A stretch of DNA of 64,000 nucleotides from Malacoraja senta. Its lineage: Eukaryota. The translations under genes and the position numbers were made by a program. A model generated the notes under the pieces. That model saw only the letters and a list, made by a program, of their open reading frames with translations. It ran no database searches and had not been told where the DNA came from. The stretch covers positions 6,636,001 through 6,700,000 of the forward strand of contig CM075997.1 in NCBI GenBank assembly GCA_038087875.1, in the 5' to 3' direction. Each line of letters opens with the position of its first letter. Within the stretch, counting starts at the first letter, position 1. This document shows positions 49,301 to 59,550 of the stretch, in pieces.

Positions 49301-50914
49301 AAAGACATTTGTGTAAATCAAAAATAAATGGAGGCTTGGTTTTACCCAACTTTTTGTTTTATTTCTGGGCAGTTAATATTAAAAATATGAATTTCTGGTT
49401 GGAAGAAATAGATCATCAACCAGACTGGTTAAAAATGGAAAAGGAAGATTGTTTACCTTTAGATATCGGTTCGATATTATTTGCTACGTCTAAATTAAAT
49501 AAAACAATTTATAGGGAAAACCCTATAATATTTAGTGCTATACGAATTTGGAAACAATTTAAAAAGACATTAAAATTAGATAATTTATCACTTTTTCTTC
49601 CAATTGTGAATAACCCTTTGTTTGAGCCTTCATGGTTGGACGGGGGTTTTACACAATGGAAGAATTATGGAATAAAAATATGGGACAACTTTACAAGGAA
49701 GGCACTTTTCTGACATTTCAGGAGTTGCAACAGACTTATGGACTTCGAGGAAATGATTATTTCAGATATCTTCAACTTAGAGATTATGTAAAATCGAATA
49801 CTCAAAATTTTCGAATTAGAAATTCAGAAATTCTTGATGAATGTTGGAACAAACATCCTAATACAGAAAAAATAATATCTTATATATATAATATCTTATT
49901 AGACAGTGACATTCCATCGACGGACTTAGACAAACATGGGAAAAAGAATTAAATCAAATAATAACGAAAGATACTTGGGAAGAAAGTTTGCAACACATAC
50001 ATCAATGTTCATTAAACGCCAGACATTCTCTAATACAATTTAAAGTAATACATAGGTTACATTATTCAAAAACAAAACTACATAAAAATTTTCAACATAT
50101 CTCACCTATATGTGATAAATGTCAACATTTAGAAGCTACCTTATCTCATATGTTTGCAAACTGTATAAAAATTTAAAAATTCTGGGTAAATATTTTCAGT
50201 ATAATATCTAAAGTAACCAGCACACAATTGGACCCAGATCCAAAATTAATAATACTTGGAATATTAGAATTAAATCAAACATTTAGAACAACACAAAGAA
50301 ACTTTATTGATTATAGTTTAATAACAGGAAAAAAATTAATTCTAAAATTTTGGAAAGGCCCTACGACCCCCACAATCAAAATGTGGATTATAGAAATGAC
50401 GGAGACCTTAAACGTGGAAAGAATCAGATTCTCCCTGTTGGACAAACAGGAATTATTCGTTGGAACATGGTCTCCTTTTATTGATTACTTAAAGGGTCAG
50501 AACAGTTCAGCACAGGAACCTGACTAGCACCCGGGCTAAAGAATGGATGAAATGCTATATTTAGAAATGTACGAATATATCTCGAATGAAGTTTTTTATT
50601 TCAATAAATTTTTCCATTCTTCTTTAACTATCTTTCTCCTTTTTAAAAAAAATTTTTTTTGTTTTTCTTCTCTTTCTTTTCTTTCTTTACTTCATCTTTC
50701 TCTTTAGTTCTATTTAGTTTTTTAAAAAAAAGGCAAAAGGTATTGGAGACAATGTAATAATAATTGACAATATTATCAATTTAAAAATGTAAGACTGTAA
50801 TGATGTAACTAGGTTGTGTACGTATCTCCAATAAAAAATATTTACCAAAAAAAAAAATATATATATTTCTATCCCTAGTTTAAATCAACCATGTCTGTTA
50901 ACTCTTTCCTCACA
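46374..50914 (-). repeat. ERV 3' LTR (46374-46907 + 50872-50914), split by an L1
   Basis: About 24 differences from the 5' LTR over 577 bp, counted by eye. Minus-strand TATAAA at 46512-46517 and AATAAA at 46428-46433. Confidence 0.96.
46908..50861 (+). mobile_element. 5'-truncated L1, same family as 24569-30820, inserted in the ERV 3' LTR
   Basis: ORF2 from mid-endonuclease to poly(A). 10-bp TSD TATATTTCTA at 46898-46907 and 50862-50871. Frameshifted, with YVDD in place of YADD. Confidence 0.96.
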
Positions 50915-50933
50915 ATCCACCCTTTTCTTTTTT
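50915..50933 (-). other. ERV polypurine tract
   Basis: AAAAAAGAAAAGGGTGGAT directly before the 3' LTR TG. Confidence 0.9.
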
Positions 50934-52703
50934 GCTACGCAACCTTTGATTTATACTATATCCTCCTTTTCTAATGCTAGCAGCAGATTATTCGCCTCCC
51001 TATCGCCCTCTCGTTGGTCATACTGTGTTCTGAAGGCCATCATGGTGGCGGCGCTGTTCTTTGTCAGGGCTGTTTATATCAATCGCTGAGCCAATCCCCG
51101 TATGCAGGGAATGATACAACATCCGAACAAACACAGTAACCCCACCATGACTACCACTGATGTTAGAGCTGAGGTAAAGATGTGCTTCCTTTTCCCAAAC
51201 CAGGATTCTTGAAAACCAGTCCAGGAGGTGTCTACTCCAGAGTTCTCAGCCAATTCGATAGACAGGGAGGTGAGACCTGCTAGGGCTCTTGACACTGACC
51301 CATCCGGAGCAGTGTTGTTGGGGATGAATGTGCAACATTGTTCGCCAAACATTACACACACCCTCCCTTCTCAGCCAGTAGCATGTCCAAGGCCATGCGA
51401 TTTTGCCAGGCCATTTGGCTGGTAGCTGTCAGTTGTTCCGCTAATCCTTCAACTGCATCTCGAGTGTAATTTATAAAGCGTTGTTGATTGTAGTATAGGT
51501 AGTTGATCCAGTCCACATTGTTATTAATTGTGGACCACCAGAAGAGTATGGACTCAAAGCCCGCAGCTATCTGGTTTCTGGCTTTGAATTCATCGGGTAC
51601 CCCTCTTAGCACCCCTATCGCAGCTATATATATCTGTGTGTCGAATGATCCTTTCACCCCTCTCTTTTGTCGTTGGCTTCCTTCATTGAGTTCTACCGCA
51701 TGTTCTACTGCTATGGTGAAGGGCATCATCAGTTGTGTGAGGGTACAGGTTCCCGTCCATGACCCCGGTAACCGGGGCCACAGGGTATTCTCCCCGCACC
51801 ACCACCAGACATCGGCTCTACTGACTATCTGCTTTTTCAGCCAGGAGCTATTGAACAGTGGTCCCTGTTCCTCAGCCGTTATGTTATACGTCTGATTGCA
51901 GTTGAGCACCTTCCCCATGTCCTGTCCCTTTGGGTTATTTCTTGTATAGCACTCAAACGCCTCCTCCCCAAGAGGACTGGTAAACGAGGAGGTCGAGGAT
52001 CTTCCCTTCGTCCCTTCGTATTGTTGTTGCTGGTCGGAAATAGGTAATGATAACTCTGGCATATCACATTCTTTGGTAAGAGGGGATTTGTGAATAGCTG
52101 TAGTAGACATGACATAGCCCTAGGTGTTCTATCCCAATTCAGGGGAAATGGTACTAGGACCAGGTGAGGCCTAGCTCCACTGGTGGTGCTGGTGTTGCCC
52201 CGGGATCCGTATTCTGACTGTCATCTATCTTGAACACCTCTCCCCTATCCTCGTATATTGCCATCTCCCCATCCCGCGTCACTTCTATCTCAAACTTCAG
52301 ACATGCGTCCTTCCCTGTTTTATCTGCACATATCCAATACCTACCACTTTCCTGCATTTGAACACTCTGTATGCTCACATATATGCGTCCTGGCAATTTC
52401 TCGTTCGGGTTTTGATATACTTTCCACCTATCAGTTTGATAGGTGGTTCGATGCCACCCATATTTTGATGAAGTAAACACCGCGTGCCAATCTTTACAGG
52501 GATGGGTGCATACATACATTCTATAGCCGCACCACCATTTTCCTTTACATACCCGCGGGATGGTGGTGGACCTTCTATTCTGTGGTATTGTGATTTTACA
52601 AATGGGATGGTGGTGGACCTTCTATTCTGTGGTATTGTGATTTTTATGCATGTTATATTACTCACGAGTTGGGTAACACGACCCACCAACACGAAATCTT
52701 CAT
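50915..52703 (-). pseudogene. env: ERV env, frameshifted, with an apparent N-terminal Ig V-set domain
   Basis: Furin site RQKR, GVPDEFKARNQIAAGFES, ISD WQNRMALDMLLA, CX6CC (CVMFGEQCC) and a TM anchor. The probable start ATG at 52703 overlaps the pol stop. Confidence 0.92.
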
Positions 52704-55700
52704 TTTTCCCGCGGGTTCATGGTAAATATTAAAGTCAATGGTTCCTCTCCTTTGCGCACAGTCCACGGGCTGATATTGTCTGGTGGGGCCTTGACAGGAC
52801 CCTTAACTCGACTTGCGTGTGTCCACCCTTTCTCTTTTGTTCGTACTGCCGTCTCGGTGATTAGTAACACCAGGCAGGGTCCAGTCCACTTAGGTTGCAG
52901 CTTTTCTTCTTTCCACGTTTTTATTAATACCCAGTCTCCAGCCTTGACTGAGTGAATCGGGAAGTCCAGTGGTGGGCTCTGGGCCAGCAATCCTTTAATT
53001 TTTAGTTCTGCAAGAGATTGGGACACTGCCAGTAAATAGTTCCTCAGGAACACATCGTTCCCTTGCATTGTTGGGACTCCTTCTATCTTCCCTAAATATG
53101 GGAGCCAGAATAACATTTCATATGGTGATATCCCTATCTCTTTTCGAGGTGCCGTTCGGATTCTCAACAGGGCTATCGGGAGGCACTTAGTCCAGTGGAG
53201 TCTCGTTTCTTCTATCAATTTGGTGATTTGGGTCTTTAAGGTGCCATTCATTCTTTCCACCATTCCTGAGCTCTGGGGATGCCATGGTGTATGCAATTTC
53301 CATTCTATTCCCAGTGCTTCACATATCATTTCATGTGTTTTGGATGCAAAATGGGTCCCCCTATCTGAGTCTATTGTTTCCACAATCCCATATCTGGGTA
53401 TTATTTGTTCTAGTAATATCTTGGCTACCACCTGTGAGGTGGCAGTTACCGTGGGGAATGCCTCTACCCATCTGGTGAAATGGTCCACTACCACTAACAG
53501 GTACTTCCATGTTTGTACCCGGGGCAGCTCGGTGAAATCTATCGGTATTCTATGGGAGGGCCTAACTGCTAATGGTTGTCCTCCTCCTGAGACTGCTCTC
53601 ATGATTTTCTTGTTGATTCGCTGACATATTACACAGCCCCCTATGACTTGTTTGGCCATGGTAAACATTTCACGGCAAGCGTAGGTTCTTAAGAGGGTGT
53701 CACAGAGGGCTTGTGTTCCCCAATGGCTTTGTCCATGCAACCTCCCTAATAACTCCCTCATTATTTCTTTGTTCAATAGCTGCTTTCCATCCGGTGTCCA
53801 CCATTTCCCATTTGAAGTACGCTGAGCCCCCATTTCTTTCATGTGTCTCTGCTCTTTCTCACTAAAGATAGGTATCTTTTCCTCTGGTTCCTTTAAAGGT
53901 ATTAGTGACTTCATTTCTACCATCTGTTCTGTGGCTGCTCTTTTTGCAACCTCATCTGCTGCCCTATTTCCTCTCGCCTCTAGGGTGTTACCCTTTTGAT
54001 GGCCTGCTACATGTGCAATGGCTATTCGTTCTGGTTTTTGCAAGGCTTCCAGTGTCTGTCCTACCAATTGCTCATGCGCTAATTCTTTCCCTCGAGTTGT
54101 TATCATTCCTCGCTCTTTCCAGATCTTCCCAATGGTGTGTACTACTCCAAAAGCGTATTTTGAATCGGAATATACTGTTCCTTCCTTCCCCTCCAATAAT
54201 TCTAATGCTCTCATTAATGCATATAATTCTCAAGATTGAGCTGACCAACTACCAGGCAGCCTGCCGCTTTTCAATTTCCTCCATAGTTTCCCCGTTCACT
54301 ATACCGTACCCACTATGTCTTTTTCCATCTATGCACCTGGAGGATCCATCTATAAACCACCGGCTGCCCTCAGCCAGAGGTTGCTCTTCTAAGTCTTCTC
54401 TACTTTTTGTCTGTAAATCTATTATTTCACTACAGCAGTGTACTAGGTCCTCTTCCTCGTCGCCCTGTTTCTCTGCTGGATACAGGAATTGGGACGGGTT
54501 AAGGTTCTTATCTGTAATTATAGTCAAATCGTCTTTTTCCATCAGGATGGCCTTATACTTTAAAAGTCTGGAGTCTGTTAACCATCTGTTGGATTTCTGA
54601 GTGAGTATGGTTCTTACTGTGTGTGGCGTAGAAACAACCAGAGCGCCTCCAAAGGTTAATTTCCTACTTTCTTCCACCAATATTGCGGTAGCTGCTACCG
54701 CTTGTATGCATCTCGGCCATCCCCTGGGGACTGGATCTAACATTTTCGAGAGGAGGGCCACTGGCTGTCGAATTCCCCCTCTCTTCTGGGTGAGTACCCC
54801 TAGTGCCACCCCCTTGTTTGAATTTACAAACAGGTGGAAAGGTTGTTCTACTGAGGGCAGAGCCAACACGGGGGCAGTAATCAGGCACTTTAATTTCCCA
54901 AATTCCACCTCCTGTTCTGGGGTCCACTGAACTTTGTCTTTCTCTTCTCCCAATTTATCATACAGGAATTTCACTTGTCTGGAGTAATCAACTATCCACA
55001 GTCGACAGTATCCTATCAATCCCAGGAATTTTCGGATCTCTTTCTTATTCTTTGGTAGTGGTACTCCCGTGATCCCAACTATCCTTTCGGGGTTAATTCC
55101 TCTCTTTCCTCCACTTATCAGATGTCCCAGATATTTTACCTCTTGTTTCACAAATTGAAGCTTGTTACGGCACGCTCTTAACCCCTTCCTCCCCAAGAAG
55201 GTTAACAGGCTTATCGTGGCTTCCCTTACTTCCTCTTCTCTCTCTCCTGACAAGAGAAGGTCATCCACATACTGTAATAGTTGCGTTTCACCGTGACCTG
55301 GGAAATCTTTTAGTACCTGCTCTAAAATTTGGCCGAATAAATGTGGTGATTCTGTAAAACCTTGAGGGAGCACCGCCCACCGGAATTGTTGCTTTCGCCC
55401 GGTATTTAGGTTTTCCCACTCAAAGGCGAATAAGTCTCTGCTCTCTGTTGCCAGCGGACAGCTCCAGAAGGCGTCTTTTAAATCTACCACACTAAACCAT
55501 TTGTGGCTTGGGGGTATTCGTCCCATGATGGTGTAAGGGTTAGGCACTACCGGGTGTCGGGCTTGGACCACCTAGTTTAGTTCCCTCAAGTCCTGTACGA
55601 GTCTAAACGTCCCGTCGGTTTTTCTGACTGGTAGGATCGGAGTATTGTAGGGGGACATACATGTTTCCAATACCCCGTCCTTCAATAAATTCTCAATGAT

Positions 55701-56240
55701 TGGTTGTAAGCCTTTTCGTCCCTCGGTCGAAATGGGGCATTGTCTTACTCGTACTATGTCTGCACCATCTTTTAATGCTATTTGAAGAGTGGGTATTTGC
55801 AAACCTCCTCTGTTTCCTTCCTTGGCCCATGCTTGATCATTAATTCTTTGCTCATCCACCTCTCTTGGAGCATACAGCTGAACCGCTATTCTTCCTTCCA
55901 TCGGTGCTGTACCTATTCCCAATTATATTTGTAAATCCCTGCCCATTAAATTTACACCAGCCTGAGGGACTAATATCAGGTCCACTACAGCCTCCCGGTG
56001 TTCATACCTTACATTTACTCCTCCTATCTCGGGAGCTACCATCACAGCTCCCCCAACCCCGGTAATCTTTACTTTCCCTTGTCCTGCCCCCATACCTGCT
56101 GGTACTTGGATTACACTTGATCGCTCCGCTCCTGAATCTAACATTAACACCGTATCCTCTCTCTGGGGTCCTATCTTTAAATTTACCAGAGGTTCCCTTC
56201 TGTAGCCCCCTAACCCCAGGGACGGGAACCCCTGACCCCC
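52700..56240 (-). pseudogene. pol: ERV pro-pol (protease, RT, RNase H, integrase) with two stops and a frameshift
   Basis: LDSGA; YNTPILPV, LVQDLR, LPQGF and YVDD; FIDGSS and YSDSKYAF; HHCC zinc finger, DDE core and WTGP. Confidence 0.96.
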
Positions 56241-56243
56241 CTA
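56190..56243 (-). promoter_or_regulatory. gag-pol amber readthrough signal with a candidate pseudoknot
   Basis: TAG GGG GGT CAG GGG is in frame with pro, like MLV UAG-GGA-GGU-CAG. Possible pairings are CAGGG/CCCTG and GTTCCC/GGGAAC. Confidence 0.75.
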
Positions 56244-58029
56244 TTCATTTCCCATCATACTGTACGTGCGGGACTCTGCTACATGCTCAGGGCATTCCCT
56301 TTGTATGTGTCCTTCTCTGTTACAATACTAACATCTTATAGGTCCCATCCTCCAACGTTGTTCCGTATTTGTCTCTTCACTCTGGTTCCGGCCATACCTT
56401 TCTCCTTCTCTCTCGCTCCTGCCATACCTTTCTCCTTCTCTCTCGGTCCTGCCATACCTTTTTCCTTCTCTCTTCCAGCCTCTGCCATACCTTTCTCCTT
56501 CTCTCTTACAGCCTCTGGTGCCTCCTCTACCTCTACCTCGGGAGGTACTCCCTCTCCATCCTGTACCTACCTGTTCTTTAACATCTACCACTCGCTTTAC
56601 AGCCTGCATCATAATCAGTGCCTTCCCCTTCTGTTTTATCTCATCTCTCCGCACGTACACTTTCTGGGCCTCTGTAAGCAACTGAGGTAGTGGTTTCTCA
56701 TTCCAGTCATCCATCTTTTCTAACTTCTTCCTCACATCAGGCCAGGATTTGGTCACGAAATTGGCCCTAAGCAGTTGTTGTCCTGCCTCTGAGTCCGGGT
56801 CTATTCCGGAATACTGTTCCATGTTCTTCCTGAGTCTTTGAAGGAACACTGTCGGGGCCTCATCTTTCTGCTGTCCATTCTCAAATGCTAGTTCGAAATT
56901 CTGTCCTTTGGGTACTGCCTCTCTTATCCCTTTTATAATTATATCCCGCAGGTCCCTCATATTCCCTCGTCCTGCTGCTGTTCCCTTGTCCCAATCTGGC
57001 TCTTGAATTGGGAATTTATCTGCTGCCGCAGCATTTTGCTGCCCTGGCGGGTTCTCCTGTTCCCACTTTTTCATTGCTGCTGCTCTAATCATTTGCCTCT
57101 CCTCGGATGTGAAGAGATTCCCCATAATGGCCATTAACTCCTCCCATGTGTAAGTGTTTGGCCCAAGGAACTGATCTAACTGTTCTGCCAGACCTAAAGG
57201 ATCCCCTAGAGGGCTTTTTCATTTCTTTCTTGAAATTTCTCACTTCAGTACTAGTTAAGGGGACATTAACAAACCTCATTCCCCCTTGGGGTTCTCCCAT
57301 GGGTACCTCTCTAAGGGGTCTAATTTTTACCGATCTTTGTTTTACTCTGTCTGACCTTCTGACTCCCTCTCCTGGTGACGGGGGATTTAATTCATCTACC
57401 CTGACCGCCTCCTGTCTCTTTATTCCCTTTTCTTCCTCACTCCTGGGGTCCGGTAGGTCACTTTCGGTGTCATTACTGTCAATAACATCATAATTAAATT
57501 CTTGTTTTACCCTGACCTCTCCCTTTACCACCAGAGCGGACCCGGGTGTCACCTCTTGCACTCCCGTCGCCACGAGTGGGGGCGGGGGTCGAATTGGCGG
57601 CGCTACTTCAGGTGATGGATGTACATAGGGAGGAGATAGGTTCTCCAGTAAATTCCATGAGGGTGAGAAGGAATTTGACTGTTCATCCTCCTCTTTTAAT
57701 TTCAACAGATTACATCCCGTTTCCCATACCGCGGCATACATGATCTCTTCTATCATCGAATTGGGTTTATTTTTCACATATACATTCAATGCCTGCTGTA
57801 CCCAATCCTCATCTGACCCATCCTCTGGTCACCAGACCGAAGCTCCTTTTATCGGGTGTTGTGGCCATTCAAAATAACAATACCTTATCATTGTTGTCTT
57901 CTCCAACCCCTGGGTATTTCCTGCCCCCCGGCGGTTCAGCATTCGCCCCAACGGACTATAAGGCAGAATGCGGGGATTTGGCTTACGGCCTTTCCCCTCC
58001 CTTTCGGGTTTTTCATTTATATTTCCCAT
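56241..58029 (-). pseudogene. gag: ERV gag, frameshifted
   Basis: MG start, PPY late-domain-like motif, capsid MHR-like QQKDEAPTVFLQRL, and one CCHC knuckle (C*YCNREGHIQREC) containing a stop. Confidence 0.92.
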
Positions 58030-58300
58030 TCTCTCGATCGGAATTCCTCTCCGATCTTTTATCAAATCGCCCAGGTAATACTATAATAGTCAAAGTTTCT
58101 TACCGGGGTCTATGCACAGAATCACTCGATTTTCGCGATCTCTAACCAATCTCCAATCACTTTCACTTCTTTGCTGAGTCTCTGTTCTGGGATACCACTC
58201 GCTCAAACCGCTGACGGCAATCTAGGGGTCTAGGACCGCTGAATCAGCGGGGTGCACCGTCCCTTCTTCCGTATACCGCCGCCAGCCAGCCGGAGTGGGG

Positions 58301-58319
58301 ATCCCGAGACGATCCCCCA
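58301..58319 (-). other. ERV primer binding site, tRNA-Pro-like
   Basis: TGGGGGATCGTCTCGGGAT versus the Pro PBS TGGGGGCTCGTCCGGGAT; lies 4 nt after the LTR. Confidence 0.85.
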
Positions 58320-58323
58320 ATTT

Positions 58324-58900
58324 TGTGAGGTTGAAAATCACAAGCGCTTTTAGAGACAAAGTCAAGCAAAGAAGCTTTTTATTTAGATCATATTCTGCAG
58401 AATAGGTGCCTCTCCTGTGATGGCCCCTAGAGGCACACCGAGGATCGTGATGTCTTCTATCTTTATACATTTCATGGGTACTATTGTCACACCCACATTC
58501 CTCCCCATTGAACTTCTTCCAATCATAACATAAAGCCCACATTCCCACGAGAACGTCCTGGAACGTTGACCCAACGTCAAAGACACCTCCCACATCATGC
58601 ATCGCATGTGCATTTAAATTAGGCATCTTGTCATAGTGGGTGTGTGTCCATATTCATGTAAGTTCATTAGGCATGCGCAGATATGTTTGACCTTATGTAC
58701 TTTCTCCCTTTTACTTACTTTTCAAATCTTCTGCTGAAGTCTTTTCATTTGCTACTTTTTATCTAGAATTTCTCTCTGTTCTATATATCGTTATTTTCTA
58801 TTCTACCAGCAGTCTGGCTTTTGCTGACACCTTATTTCTTTCTAAGTTATTTTTCTATCCCTAGTTTAAATCAACCATGTCTGTTAACTCTTTCCTCACA
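58324..58900 (-). repeat. ERV 5' LTR (577 bp)
   Basis: TG...CA ends. TATAAA at 58462-58467 and AATAAA at 58378-58383 on the minus strand. Confidence 0.97.
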
Positions 58901-59306
58901 ATGTTATTGCACACCTTGAAATGGCATTTAGACAAATAGAAAAGTAGTTCTGATTTCTTGTCTTTGTTCGAAATTACATCCGTGTGGGAAATTTAATGAC
59001 ACATTCTTTAAAAAAGACGTGGCGACGGTGAGGAATGTGTATAGAGTTGGATAACTCCGGTGATACAGGTTCATACCGAAAAGAATATACGCTGACAATG
59101 CTAGAGGAATATGTTAATATCAGGAATAACTTAGTTGATGCAATTGACAAAATAACTAGACATTAAAAAAAGTAGAAACTTGAATCCTGAAAATTCTAGA
59201 GACACTCACCAGCTGAAGCAGAATCTGAGTTGCATATCAAGGGGATTATACTACTGTGCAACAAAAGAGACAACGTAATATATCGGAGCCAGCTCAAGTA
59301 TCTTAC

Positions 59307-59376
59307 CAGGGATTCCAACCGCTGCAAGTACAGGATAGAATATTCTCGCAATGTGGTAAATGGGTGCAAATCCCAT
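59307..59376 (-). CDS. GPR139-like GPCR (copy 3), exon 1
   Basis: Encodes MGFAPIYHIARIFYPVLAAVGIP plus 1 nt, then a GTAAG donor. Same 70-nt length and phase as exon 1 of copy 2. Confidence 0.9.
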
Positions 59377-59449
59377 TTTCTGGTGAGGCAACGATCGATT
59401 GTACAGAACGTTTCACTTCCCATATGCTCTGGTGATTAGCTAACCAACT

Positions 59450-59550
59450 GTTATAAAAGAGAGGGAAATTCCACTGTGACAATTTCCGTAGGGACATATC
59501 AGGCACAATTCACTGAACAAACACTTACACTTAACTATTTTTACTCATGG
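59450..59550 (-). promoter_or_regulatory. Putative proximal promoter of GPCR copy 3, with TATA-like and kappaB-like motifs
   Basis: Conserved with 17758-17855. GGGAAATTCC at 59463-59472 lies next to minus-strand TTTTATAA at 59451-59458. Confidence 0.55.

Larger units (their letters stand above)
46374..58900 (-). mobile_element. Complete, degraded class I (gamma/epsilon-like) endogenous retrovirus
   Basis: Paired LTRs TGTGAGG...CCTCACA, 4-bp TSD ATGT (46370-46373 and 58901-58904), PBS, PPT and gag-pro-pol-env order. Confidence 0.97.
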
